DNA from: Epiperipatus broadwayi
Taxonomy: Eukaryota; Animalia; Onychophora
Direction of reading: 5' to 3'
Length of the DNA stretch: 64,000 nucleotides
Assembly: GCA_028023455.1 (NCBI GenBank)
Contig: JAQFVV010000003.1
Coordinates: forward strand, 28,024,001-28,088,000
The notes below the pieces were generated by a model. That model was not told the DNA's origin. It searched no databases and saw only the letters and a list, made by a program, of their open reading frames with translations. Numbering within the stretch: position 1 is the first letter of the stretch; each line of letters begins with the position of its first letter. The translations under genes were made by a program, and so were the position numbers. Positions 50,461-64,000 of this stretch are shown here, one piece after another.

Positions 50461-51634
50461 CGTTCTTGAAAAATGTTTTCAATTTTATTGGACAAGAAGA
50501 AATCACATGATTCAAAAACAGAATGGCGTTGCTGAAATAATTGAGTCATTTTAACCTTACTCAAAAAAAAAAAAAATGGATGAATGGATCCTAGCCGGAA
50601 AATCTAAAAAATATTTAACTAATTTTAAATATTTACATTATTCTTTACTTCCACATGTATATGCTAGCAATAAAACCGAGAATTTAAATCTAACTAAGGA
50701 AAATCAAAATGACATTGCTGAAAATAATCAAGCAAACACTAATTTAAAATCAAAAACTTTATTCAATTACGATGGCTGGACAAGACTTAAAAAAATGTTT
50801 CTAAGAAAGTAAGTCATTTACATTTTACTTTAATGATTCCATAGCTGCATTAAACTTTCATCACTCGGTTAGAGTTTAGCCTTTATGGGTAATGTCTTAT
50901 CTTTTATTGATAATCTTTGGGTAATTGCTGGAGAGACATTTCTATGGGTTAAATGCTGTTTTATCTTAGCTGGAATGCCATTTATAAATATTGTACTTGT
51001 ATTTTTTCATCTATTGATTATATCTTGTCTTGGTCTGATAATTGCCTTTTTTAATCTTTCATAACGAGAGACAGCTTTTTTTAAATTTTGGTTTCTCCTG
51101 TTTTCTTTTTGTTTTGTTTATTATTTTTCAATGTTTTATTAATATTTATTAGGCATATATTGATTATTTCAAATTCTTGTCAGCAGCAAAACATTTTAAC
51201 TGCATTTGAAAAAATAATCGTAAATTATTTCTGTATATTTGTTAAAACTTATTAAAAAACTGAATAGTATTTATAAGATATTCAGGCATCAAATTCGACT
51301 GTCAATTGCAGAGTAAATAGTTCATTAACATCTTTCTCATGAAAATAGTGAAAAGATTATTCCCCATTTGGCAATTGATATTTTATAGTGACTGATGGAT
51401 ATTTAAAAAATTTTCCGCTAATTAATAATAAGATCGTTCAGTATATATGTATAATCTGTAATAGTAAATATATTAAAATAATAATTGCATCTAAACTGAA
51501 TGTTTTGTTTAATTTAAGATCTGTGCTGGTTAAATTTAAATAATTTTTTGATATAAAAAAGAATTAATAGAAGTCTATTAAAAGTCATTGTTAAAAATAT
51601 GTAATAAGAAATCGGTATGTTTTATATTTATTAT

Positions 51635-52154
51635 TGTGACTGTCATATCTGATCTTGCCTTTAGAAATGGACTATCCCAGATTCCTTGCCTGATCAGCTA
51701 GCACCCGGTCGCTATCCAATGGGGATAAATCCTTCATCAGAGTTCGCGCACATAATCCGAGTGTTTCCAGTAAGGTAGGGGATTTGCCATTAGTTAGCCT
51801 TTTTTGAGGCAAGGTAGAGATCAATTACTTCTATCAACCTGAACAACTGAACGTGATCTCCAATAAAACCTCTGCCATCAGCAAAAATATTTTCTCTAGT
51901 CATTATAGCGATGTCCACACAGTGAGGCAAGTCCACATAGGGACTGGAAACTGCTACATCCGCAACCGACTCAAGGCAAGCTGTCTTGTACAGTTGAAAG
52001 AGTCTCTTACTTGAGCTCACGAGACAGGCTATTTATATAGCTGGAAGTGAGTTCCATTACTCTGCATGACTACCTCAGCATTAACTTGAATAAACCATGT
52101 GTATATGTTTGATTAACTAACGTATGTATTTTTTTGTAACTAATAAATTATACA
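51635..52154. mobile_element. GC-richer LTR-like island
   Basis: Bounded by TGT...ACA, with TATTTATATA and AATAAA near one end; no TSD found. Confidence 0.3.
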
Positions 52155-55100
52155 TATTAATTGTTGAGTAGTTTGTTATTATTTGTCTGTTGGTTTGGAA
52201 CCGAATCTGTAAACCAAGCCAAACACAACAGTGACATTATATTTAATTAAGTTAATAAATATTTTAAGACCAATCAGTATGTTCTTTAACTTGTTGGATA
52301 TGATAGTACAGAATCCCCTATTGAAAATTATACTTTCATTGGATGAAATAAATAAATAATACAAAACTTCCTAAAAAAGTGCTTCATGGTGATCTTGAGC
52401 TTGGTTTTCATGAGTGAGATAGAGTACATTTATGCTATAAAGAGTGGTTCAAAGATATTCGTATGAAGTGCATTTCATTGGGAAAATATGGTAAAGAATA
52501 GAACACATTAGAAAGTTATAGATATTGCATTAAACTATTTCAAATACAACAGTTTTCACAGAAATAAAAGACAACATCACAAAATACACAGATTGGTTTG
52601 TATAGTCAACACAAAAATTTTCTCTAATGTGGTATTTTTTATTGTTTTGTTTTTTTTTTCTCTCTTGGAATTGGAATGGTCATTTTCATTTGTGAGTGGA
52701 TGATTCTGAAAAAGAATAAATACTATTGGAAAGAATGACCTTGCTGATTCTCATAGAAGTCTTTCTGTGTATTTTTTGTAGAACCTGATTTGTTTAATAT
52801 ACATGTTATCCATAAATTATTCACTCCAATTATTATTGTAGAATATTAAAATGGTATGCATAATTGGCATCTCAAATCAATTCTCAGTAGATTATCATAG
52901 TGTAATTATTACTTTAGTAAAATAGGATTTAACTACAAGGTTCATTACTAATACATGAAACATTACAATATAAAATTTCTTGCTGAACATTAATAAGCAC
53001 ATCTTGAGTATATTCTGAACTGTAATGTATCACTTTTTTTTTGCATATCTGTGCATATACAGTAATGTTATTAATTTTCTTTGTATTTTTATCTTGGAAG
53101 CAATGATATAAAGTAGATTAAGTAGATCAATCCAATGAAAAAAAATTTCATTGAGAGATTTGCGAATTATGCGAATATTTGTCTGATGGTTGTCTCATCT
53201 TGCTGAGTAAACATAAGGTCAATGTCATCAAGCTAAGTAAATTGGTCATTGTGAATATCTAAGTATTTTTAGTCATAACAATTTTCTTATGGTAGAAAAT
53301 TACCTAAAAGCTGGTCCTAATATAGATTGTCAGATTTATTGCTCTACATAGTTCATACAACTGAGTGAAAGAAAAACTAATGGATACAAAATAAAATGTC
53401 TGCATTTATTGTTGAATTCACATGTAGCAAGATTATATTAAATAAAATCAAGAAAATAATATATTTTGTAATAAAAATTATTTATTTATCAAAATAACAA
53501 TTATTTAACAAAAAAAAAGTACATCAGTGACAAATCAAGCATATGCATAAATGCTGGTATATACCAAATGTGTGCATTTGTTGTTGAATTTAAATATATT
53601 AAATGTTGCTTGCTTTTATTTCATAGCCATATTGTGCATGGACTAGTTTTTTCTTTTTATTTAAGAAACATTTTTGTTGCAAAATATATACTTTTTGTAT
53701 GTATTTAATATATACTTGTTGTAATAATTTTAAGAATAAATGTGGACATATAAATTTAAAAATAAATATAGACATTACTTATGGGTTTTTATTTCTTTGT
53801 ACATTTTATTTGTTATTGATGTATTTTTTAATTAAATAATTGATGTTGTTTTGGTAATCAAATTATTACAAAATATTTTGTTAATTTTATTTGATATACT
53901 CTTGTAAATAATTAGTGCAAACAGTTTATTTTTTATTGATTAGTTTTTTTCATTCTATAGTAAATACTATATAACTCTATCAAATGGTTAAACCATATAT
54001 TATATTGGCAACTAAAAGTTTTTCATTATTTCTTGAAATCCCCCCCCCCCCCCAAGCCTCTGTATAATAACAGGTAACTTGATTCTTATAACAAAAATAA
54101 ACATTTTTTTTCCTCCATAATTTTTGTTGTTCAACCCTACATGAATTATAGATGTCATCCATATTGATGAATACCATACACAAAACAAAAATAAAGATAT
54201 AATTTAGACTTGTTGTTGGTATAATAGTTTGGTTTTGCATGAATAGGACATAGTAAAATGATAGCACTTCAAAACATTTCTAATAGATAATGAATAAAGT
54301 TAAATAGGTTGAAAATGAAAACTGAAAATAAGAAATTGTAATAAATAGTTTGAACTGAAATTCAGGCTATTTAAATAGTTTTAATTATTTAAAAAGATTG
54401 AATAAGTAAGTGTTAGAGAAATATAAAACTAAATTAGGATTGCACTAATTAAAAAGTTTTAATTTAAATAGATTATTTGGATTCACTGAAAGATTTTTAA
54501 TTGTGATTCATTTGAAATAAAGAAGAAAATGGGTATTTAGAAGCTTTATGATATTTACATAAAGTTTATTAAACAAAATAAATTGGAAAAAATGAAGTCA
54601 GAGAAAATATCTCTATAGAGACGTATAGTTAGAGAAATTATAGAAGGCTATAAAAGATAGGGCAAAAAAGTAGATAGTTGGAAGAAAATCATTTCTAATT
54701 AATTTTAATGTGAGAAAAATTTATATTAGAAAAAAAATATAAAGATTATATTAAAAGGTGTGCAAAATGTATCTTTAGGGAATAATACTTGTTTGACATT
54801 GCATTATCCCTATTAAATTTAAATATTGTGCTAAAAAATGAAAATGATGCTATCTTGGCTGGCATATTTTTGATTTATTAGTGAGAAAAGGCTTAACATT
54901 GTTAATTTAAAAAGTTGGTGAAATGAAATATTATGTTTAAAGAGAATATTGTTTTAAATGCTAGGTATAATTTATTTAAATGACCCTGTACAATTTATTT
55001 TATAATGATAAAATAGTTGAAAGTTTAATTGCTTTGGATCCTGTAAGACATTGAGTACCAGATATGACGTATTGAACTTCAATTTAGGTACCTTTAGCTC

Positions 55101-56401
55101 TCAAATCTTATGACTGTGTTAACTTGCATAAGGAAGTATAATGCTGAGAATGATGAACTCAAGCAAAAGATTTTCAATCAATTCCTAGCTGAGGCAAATA
55201 AAACAAAAAAGTAACTTGTTGGTACTTGAACATTATCTGACTTTTCAAAAAATTGAGAATATCATTTATTTATATGTTATTTAATTATGGATCCATATTT
55301 TGAGCCATAAGCTTTTGCTGGGAGAATAATAGTGACCCAGAAACTGTAATAATGTTTATTATTATATGAAATATATAATATAATAGAGAGTTAAGAAATA
55401 GTGGACTTATGAAAGTATCCTCTCTAATATACAAAGTATTCTTATGATGCAAACAATTTCTTTAGTGCCCTTCAATGACCTAACTGTAAATTTAAGCTTT
55501 TAAATCCAGAAGCATTATAATAATTACTGTTTATGAAAGGCAGAGGAAAATTGTTGATGGAACACACATTTGCTTTAATAATAATTAATCAATAATTATA
55601 AGAAAAAATTTAATATTTCTGATTATAACAATGTTTTTTATATTTTTATTTCAATATTGTAACTTTTCTGGCCTTTAAATAACTATAATAACAAAAACAA
55701 TAATGCTTAATGAAGAAAAATTGCTTTATGCTTTTACTCTATTAGAAACCTGTATAAATAAAGGACATGGAAACTTAATATCAATATGTACTTGAGCCAG
55801 ATGCATATAATAATGGAAAAATTAATATATATCTTTTATATATATACTTCATGTCTGTAAATTAAAAATCGTGAAGTTTTAAATAATTTTAATAAATAAA
55901 AGTTATAGATATTTTATACACACAAATAAATGTGTACGGTATAATTAATTATAAAGTTATTTTGTTAAATCAAGTTAAAAAGATATTTTTCTAAAGTTTG
56001 TCAAAAAAAAAAAAGATAATTGATTCTAAATTTATTTTTAAAAGTAGGTTAAAATAAAAGATGTTTTTCTATTAAAAGTGGAAATGACATTCTAGGAAAA
56101 AGTAATTAAAATGCTTGTAAACAGATCAGTAGATTATAATAAGGAAATAAATAATTGCCATGACTTAATTAAAAAGACTGTTATTCCTGCTCAAAGATAA
56201 GAACTTGGGCAAATAAGCTTGGACAACAACAGATTCTCTGGAGTTATCTATAGCCAATAAATCAAGGATCCAAAAGAAGAGCGATGGATTCAAATTTTAC
56301 TGTTAAGCTAATTGCAGCAAATATAAATAGTGTTTACAGTTTATTCAGAAGATAATTCTTGTCTGCTTTTAGCAATCTATTCTGCTTCCAATAGTCTTTG
56401 T

Positions 56402-56627
56402 ATGCTATTATTAAGAAGATTATTATTGTTTGTTTGTTTTGCCTGATCTACGATGCAAGAGTAGAGAAGCTGTTATCTGCTTCACTCTGTCAAGGTGGCA
56501 GAGGGCAAGCTGAAAACTCACCCCCAATAATCCCGAAAGAGAAGCTGTTAGCAAATGGTGAAGCCATCCAAACATATGTCCGCTATGCATTGATAAGCTA
56601 ACTCCAGCGAATGCTGTTATTAAGAAG

Positions 56628-56660
<33 letters not shown>

Positions 56661-56822
56661 CTGTTTTGTCATATCTGCAATGCAAGAGTAGAGAAGATGT
56701 TAACTGCTTCACTCTGTTGAGTTGATAGAGGGCAAGCTGAAAACCCATTGCTGAATCCCGAAAAAGAAGCTGTTAACAAGTGAAGAAACCATCCGAATGT
56801 GTGTCTGCTATATATCCACTTA
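56402..56822. repeat. Two tandem ~209-bp diverged units, each starting with a TTAAGAAG(ATT)n tract
   Basis: Units start at 56402 and 56611 and share GCAAGAGTAGAGAAG, GCTTCACTCTGT, GAGGGCAAGCTGAAAAC and ATCCCGAAA. Confidence 0.85.
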
Positions 56823-57113
56823 AGATAAGTAGAAGTCTGATGTCCAGTGCTACAGGAAAAACCAACCATTAAACCAAGATGAAATTACTGCCAAATCATT
56901 CTAATAATGTCTGGTCATTTAAACCTTTATCTACCATAGCTATGGTTTTAAGAATATTAGCCAAAATAAACCAGTAACTAATGACTAAACATGAATTTTT
57001 GATGCTGAAAGAATAAATATAAACTTTAAACTCATCTTTAATTAAATATTATTTATCTCCTATCTAATGAAATATGTTAGCAAATAGTTATTTATTTAAT
57101 CTGTTTATGAGCA

Positions 57114-57227
57114 GGTATGGCAAGAGATTGTAGTTCTATTTATTACACCACAGTTTAGATGGTGATAATTGTATAAAATTATTTTATAAAAGGCAATTAG
57201 ATTGTAATTGCAATCTCTTGCCATGCC
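57114..57227 (+). repeat. 21-bp inverted repeat (small MITE or hairpin)
   Basis: GGTATGGCAAGAGATTGTAGT vs ATTGCAATCTCTTGCCATGCC. Confidence 0.7.
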
Positions 57228-59319
57228 ATTAAACATTTATCAGTTATTTATCATTAAACATTAAATCAGTTATTTTAACTTTAAATAAATTATCAACAGT
57301 ATGTAAAATCAACTAGTTAAATTATGAATGGAGTTCAATCATGCTGCATAGACCAGCTAGATTAAAATTATATTAAATAGAGTTTGTGCGAACTATTCTT
57401 GTGTTTCAAGGTGGTATAATAGATAGAAATGGATGACAGTTAACCATTAATTCAGGTTATGCTTGTTACATCTGTAACTCATTTTTATTAAACACATTGA
57501 TATTAAATGATTGTAAAACTATTTTGTGACTGCTGGTCATTTACTTTTATTATTTGTTTAAACAATTATGTGCAGTAGATGAACAATTCCTATTGTATAT
57601 TATCAATTTTATTTTTATACATGTCTTGTTGTGATATATTTGCGACTGCTGGTCACTAATACGCTGTACCAAATACTCTAAGAAGTAGAATGCGGTAGAA
57701 ATTTAATTCCTATTTTATGCATGCAATTGGCACGTATATAATAGCTCTTATGTATCAATTATTATAGTACAGATGTGGTTTCCTGTATTTTACAATTATT
57801 TTTGTTTTAAACAGAACAAAACTCTCTATACAGTATTGCCAACAATTAATGTGCTAGTATAGGAGATGTGATCATGTGATGCTTAATTATTTTTGTTTTA
57901 ATTGCTTACTAATATCATAACCTGAATTGAGCACACAGTCGATTAATTAAATCGTTCATTTATAATATTGTATTATCTTCATTTGGCAGGGTCATTTACT
58001 CTTAGAATAGCGATAATGAGAGGTGTAAGCAGTTAAATGTGTATGCAGTAGATTGAGATCCATTCACAAACAAATAATGATAATATTATTATATTAGTAA
58101 TTTTCAAATACTAATTGTTTTAAAATATTTAAGCATCACACCACCATATTCAATATCTGTATGTAAGATAAATTAAAATAATATTAATAAAATTTAGAAA
58201 GGCTTTTACCTTTAATTAAAGTGCTGTATATGTAAATAAATTGTGTTTGTCTCATTATTTTTGGCAGTTTGTCATTCTTATTTGTAATCAATAACCTAAG
58301 TAAAATAGTTAAGAGTTTCACCCTGATTTGTCAAAGAAGTTATAGGTCTGTGATATCAGAATATGGAATATACATGTAGATTGCCTTCGGTTGATTTTCA
58401 TGTCAATTACAATATGTGCATGAACCAGGTGCATGTAATAATGGAAAAATTAACATTTTGCCCCAAGCAATTACACTCACCATTATTATTAAAAGATATG
58501 ATATTTTTAAGTTGTTTATTTTTAAATTATGATTTAATTGACAAAAAACAAAATTTCTAAATAAGCTAAATACAAGTGAATGATATTTATTTAGAAGAGC
58601 ACAAGTTGAATAAAATGTAATAGTAAAAAATAATAGTAATTAAAACAAAATTTTGAAAATATGTAAAATCAACATAAATACATATTATATAATGAAATTT
58701 TTGCTGTTGTACATTGGATGCCAAATATTAGAATGTGGTTTGTATATTTTATGGTGTTAAGTGAATTATTCAGTGTGGAAGATATAAGATGGTGATTGGG
58801 AGAGAAATATCCATATGAAATCCTAGGTGTTAGGGATATGTTGAAATCTGTTGTATGTGAATTAAATTTTTATACATAAACCTATTTTAGCTAAATAAAT
58901 CCTGAGTTTTTTTAACTCCAGCATATACAATGTATTACTTATTGTTAGAAAATATAATTTTTTTTGTACAAAGCACTGTGCTTAATAATTAGTAAATATT
59001 GTATAAAATTGTATAAGTAATGTTATTTAACAATTTAATATATTACTAAAAAATAATTTTATTATTTTATAATGTTTTTCTATGATCATTTTATAATCTT
59101 TGCTATTAAATATTTTCATTACACACTTATTCAATAAATAACTATTTCAGATATTTTATATTTTTTATATAATTACACATTATTATTATCATTATCATCA
59201 ATTGTAGTAAAATGAGAGATTCTTTTTTTTTATGAATTTGTTTCTCATTCTTTGAATATATTTATTTGTAGCTAATATAGAGTTCATTGTAATAGCATTT
59301 ATACTTGTGATAATATTGT

Positions 59320-60060
59320 TTTGGTTGATAATTATTGTTATTTTGGGAGTGTTTATTGATTCTAAGTTATCCTGGTCAAATCATATTATGTAAGATTAAT
59401 TATTTATTTTATTATTTAATTGAATTTTTGCCTAGATCTGTTTTGTTACCTATTTATGAGTCTTGTTATAATATTTCTATTTGGGGTCGTTGCACGACTT
59501 ACACTTTGTCATCATTATGTGTTTTACAAAATTACACTATGTGTATTATTTTGGGAAAGTCTAAATCAATTTTGGTTCAGAATATCTATAGTAATGGCTG
59601 TGTTTTATCTGTTGTTAATCTTTATAAATATAGCATAATTATTGATATATTTCATCATTGTTCTTTTTTATGTGAAAGAATTTTTAAAATAAATATTAGA
59701 TTAGCTAAAATCTTTCACTTGACATTGACTGCTTTTAATTTGGAAGGTAGTTGTAGGCAATTCAATTACAGTGGTATTAGGTTGCTTAATTCTTTTGTGT
59801 CTGCTTATTTGTTAGATATTGACCACATATCACTTGCTAAGTTTAAAAAACATTTGCGATATTGGTTATATTCTATGTATTTATTTTGATGAATATTTTG
59901 TAATTTATTATATTGTTTATATTATGGCTTTGTAATTAAATATGAATTATTATTATTATTTTATGTGTAAATCTATATATGACTTCTCGCACAACTATTT
60001 CCTTGATTGGAGTTATATTAATTTTGTATTGTTTATAAATTATTTTAATAAATAAATAAA
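59320..60060 (+). mobile_element. CR1/Crack-like LINE 3' fragment
   Basis: ILGVFIDSKLSWSNHI, ISIWG and LCVLQN motifs; ends in an (AATA)n tail. Confidence 0.7.
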
Positions 60061-60570
60061 TTACTATTATTATTATTACTTTTACTACTGTGATGTGATG
60101 TAATGCACTGTGCCTTCTCCTTATACGGAGTCAGGAATCTCAGCAACAATGCCCAGAGAAACCTGTTAGCCACTATACCTTCCCTTTCCATTCCCCATCC
60201 TAAGTTTTTCCATATCCTTCTCCACCCCATTTCCACAACATAATCTTTGTCAACTCCATGGCCTTTATATCTAACTCCCCCTTATCTTTTCCCAAACCCA
60301 GCATAAAAATCAATAACCCACTTTCTGTATAATCATTTTCCTTATATTTATTTTTCCACAACTTTATTATTTGTATCCTTTCTGTTTTCAAGCATTTACA
60401 TTCAATTATCAAATGTCTAATATTTTCTATGCCTTTCTTACACAACTTGCAGACTAAATCACCCATGTTTTTCCATTTACGTATATAATCCCCTGTTGCT
60501 AAAGATCTGTTCGAGCCTTAAGCAATGAACCACTTTCCTTGCTATTATCATAAATTGACTCGCACTTAAT
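60061..60570 (-). mobile_element. Non-LTR retrotransposon 3' fragment with a C-terminal CCHC motif
   Basis: IYDNSKESGSLLKAR followed by CKLCKKGIENIRHLIIEC; TAA-rich tail. Confidence 0.7.
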
Positions 60571-60679
60571 ATTCCGTTTACTTCTATATATATATTTAAA
60601 CTACTGCTATTACTACTGGTGCTGCTTAATGTTTACTTCATAGAATAAATTGAATTGAATTGATAGTGATGATGATGAT

Positions 60680-61060
60680 TTTGTTGCATATTTTCATTTG
60701 ATTTCATTTCAAACTGAACTTTTATTATTTCTTCTTTTACTTCCAATCTTTGTTGTTGGATTATCAGCTCTTTTCATTTCTTGCTGAAGATTTTCATTTT
60801 CTCCATTCTCTGTTGATTTTGTAGCAAATTTTCATTCATTTGATTCATTTTCTGCTCCATTCTTTGCATATTTTCATTCATTTGACTCATACACTGCTGA
60901 TTTTCATCCATTTTCTGGTACATATTTTTATATTTTCATTTGATTCATTAATCTTCTGATTCTCATCCATTTTCTGTTCCATTCTTTGCATATTTTCATT
61001 CATTTGATTTATCATTCTCTTCAACATTTGCCTTAATATTTCCATATTCGACATACAATA
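60680..61060 (-). pseudogene. Decayed repetitive coiled-coil ORF (gag/ORF1-like)
   Basis: MEILRQMLKRMINQMNENMQRMEQKMDENQK, with the QMNENMQRMEQKM unit repeated in shifted frames. Confidence 0.4.
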
Positions 61061-62399
61061 ATTTTCTTTTTTTTCACCTATTTTTGTAGGTTTATTTTCC
61101 CTGATTACAATCTGAGGTTCCTTAAAGATTATTTTAGCACTTTCTAATTCTACTACTTCAAGTTGTGACTCAGTTCTAACACTACTAACCTCATGATCCT
61201 GACCACTCTTTCTCTATCTCCACCTAAATTTTGTCCATTAATCTAAATAATATAAATATTAATCAGTTTTCTATCAAGAATGGACACAAAAACAAATGAA
61301 TTCTCATCATTCTATCTTCATCAAAACTATCAACTAAACTTTACTTTGCTGTTTAATTTTAAAAAATTTAAATTGACACAAAATATATTATATAAATAAA
61401 AATATATGTGGTTCTCCAATATTCAAACTTATACCTTTTAAAATTTATAAAAAAAAATCATAAATTTTTATTAACTATCTGAAAGTTTTTACTTTATTTT
61501 AAATTCATCAAATTGGGAAACCACAATTTAAATTTAAAAAAAATTATGTTCTTCAATATCTCAAAGTGCTTTGCTTCTATCTAATTAAAGATAATAGACA
61601 TAACTTTTTAAAATCAAAAGTAAAATTTATCAGGCCCCAAATATTTCAGAGTGCTTTATATTATCAAGCTTTACACATTAACACCAATTTTTTTTAAAAA
61701 ACCTCTAATTGTCATATAGAAAAGAAACAATATAAAAATATGCTACTACTATCTTTCATGGTATAACTTTATTAAAATCACTAAAATTAAAATGTCAAAT
61801 CTTAAATAAAAAATACTACTCTTATCTCTCAAGAATGAATTTATCGAAACCCTTAAAATTGGGTGGCCAAAACAATAAAAAAAAACACAAATAACTTTTT
61901 TTCTCTCTCAGGATATAAAGCTTATCAAAGCCATAAAAATTGAGTTGCCAAAATGCTAAAAAAAATATTCTCCTGTAATTGATAAATAGTTCCATAAATA
62001 ACTTTACTGAAAGGCGCCACTAGATACCTCTTTCTTAAACAAATTGTAATTTAATAGTGTTAAATATTATTAAAAATACTAAAGAAAGAAGTAAAGTTAA
62101 GTTTACTATTAAAGTCACAATTACACAAAAATGTTGGGAAGCTATAAATTATAAAATGAAATTCTTCCAACTAATAATAAATATTGGAAATAAAAAGATA
62201 AATTTACCCACTGTGAGTTACATTTGGACATTTGTTAATTTGGCATATCAATATTTTATAATTCAAGTAATAATCAATAACAAAAGAAACAAAATTATTA
62301 TTAAACAAAGTAATTTATTTAAAAAAAATAAAATAACAATAATGTTATTGTAATAGCTACCAATATCAAAATTGATATTGCCAAACCAAGCCATCCGTG

Positions 62400-63054
62400 A
62401 TCTCAGTACTTAGTAATTCGGTAATCAATACACTGAGAGCTTTAAGACTATGCAATGAGAGAAATGTCTGTTAAATATAAGATTAACTCACTGCTTTCAC
62501 ATATATAGTTTAATCTTAACTGTTTTCTATGCTCATTGTTCGCAATCTTTTTAATTTGATTGCAATTGCTGGAATCCATTTGATAATTTCCATGAACATA
62601 TGGCATAGGACTTGAGCACCTATTCGCATTTTAGCATTTTTATTTTCATGGTTTGTTCTACAGTTCAAATCTGGTTTCTTACTAACCACACCTAGATAGA
62701 TCTTATTAGATTTTATTTTTAGCTGGTTCACTTTAATCACTGTAAAACCCAAGTGATTGAATAAGTCATGACCTAATAAATTGCTATGTTTCCAGCAGAC
62801 ACAACAAGAGGCAAATAAATTGTTTTATTAAGGATAGTAACTTTAACTTTTGTTTGACCCAAACATAATATTTGATTGCCTTGATAATTAGTAATCAATC
62901 TCCTGGTAGGATGGAAGTGATCATTACTTTTTCTATTAATGATAGCCCACATATTTTTTAAAACAATGGACACTGCAGTTCCAGGATCCAGTTCCACTGT
63001 TATTGGCATATTATTAATAATAATTATGCTTATGAAAACCAAACCAGTACTCAA
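62400..63054 (-). pseudogene. Gypsy-type LTR retrotransposon protease/pol remnant
   Basis: INNMPITVELDPGTAVSIV (retropepsin DTG decayed to DPG), followed by an LLGHDLF-like motif. Confidence 0.7.
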
Positions 63055-64000
63055 TAATATTTATACAAGCATTGGTGTTTTTATTTGATTTTATATTGCC
63101 TTTCTGGCTTTTTAATTTGATTTTTAGGATAGGCCAGATCAAACTCTTCTAATGAGCAATTGTAGCCATATTGATTTTTTTTTTGTACTGAGAGAGTGAA
63201 TTTTTTTTTTTACCCTGACTTCTTTATAGTTAATGAGTAACCACTCACATTTGATTTTTAAAAAAAAAAATTATTGATGCACTAAGAATATTAGTTGTCA
63301 ATATCCTGTCATAACTACACCAACTGTTGTTTTTATTGCATGATTATGATAAATATAGACTCATAAAATACTATTAAATATTTATTTATTAAAACAAATA
63401 TACAAATGCGTATTTAACATATACAATTGTTATATCTTTGCCTGATATCTTTGGCTTGGTATAGTATTTAATTGATGTTCAACTATTAATGTAAGAGACT
63501 TCAGATACTCTTAGATTTACTTATCACTTCAAACTGTATTATGAAGCTTGCTTTGTGTCTAATCTAGGTTCTCGCAGCTTTCAGTTCTAACAAACTTTCC
63601 TCACTGCTTTAACCATATAGTGGATAATGAACCTACTGCCATTCAGATTTGATAGTAAGTTATTTTCTTTACTTTCAACTGGACTGATGATAGCCATATT
63701 CTTCCACAATGAAAATAATTGAATTCACTACGCATCATTATCCATTAGTCTGTTTTTACCATTCGATGTTATCTATTCATATATCTATTGGTCCATGGCA
63801 ATGAATGCTCAGTCCAATCAAGATAAGATGGAATCTGGATTAGTGTTTCAGTTGAAGATAAGTTGAGATAGAACAACTATCATCTTTATTATATTCTGTC
63901 ATTATCGATTCACTTCAGGACAAAAGTCTCTTCAATTTTAATTCAGTTATTCCAATATTTAATTTCTCTACATTACACCAGCAACTTCCTTATTTCATCT

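Noticed and set aside
51725-51775. Type II hammerhead reading (GAAAC...CTGATGA) on the minus strand
   Set aside because: Stems I and II do not pair and the NUH triplet is absent.
55130-55214. Possible terminal exon KYNAENDELKQKIFNQFLAEANKTKK*
   Set aside because: Weak acceptor, no upstream partner exons found, product not recognised.
56470-56550. Type III hammerhead reading (CTGAAAA...GAAA)
   Set aside because: G8 is missing in both units and stem II cannot form.
59335-59889. 184-aa ORF as a host gene
   Set aside because: Frameshifted C-terminus of a CR1-like RT.
63400-64000. Gypsy gag remnant upstream of the protease
   Set aside because: The position fits, but the motifs are too eroded to support a call.

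Overview
AT-rich invertebrate (probably arthropod) genomic DNA. The window holds the 5' part of one large-intron gene on the minus strand, an RBM5/RBM10-family splicing regulator. Seven coding exons (50324 down to 5189) splice in phase to give an R/D/E-rich N-terminus, RRM1 and the start of a RanBP2-type zinc finger; the gene continues past position 1. Introns are packed with transposons: Penelope-like remnants, a nested hAT > TTAA-bounded insert > hAT MITE + Merlin stack, a full-length TSD-bounded RTE LINE, an older RTE copy, hAT MITEs, and CR1-like and Gypsy remnants. The most interesting layer is self-cleaving RNA motifs read by eye. First, a complete HDV/CPEB3-like ribozyme fold starts exactly at the 5' junction of the RTE, in sense with the host pre-mRNA. 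Second, a dispersed, tandem and inverted non-coding repeat family carries a type I hammerhead with a palindromic minimal stem III, covarying stem II and an unusual conserved A-A apposition. Two further Penelope-type hammerhead remnants are also present. All structures and classifications are manual; none has been computed or tested.
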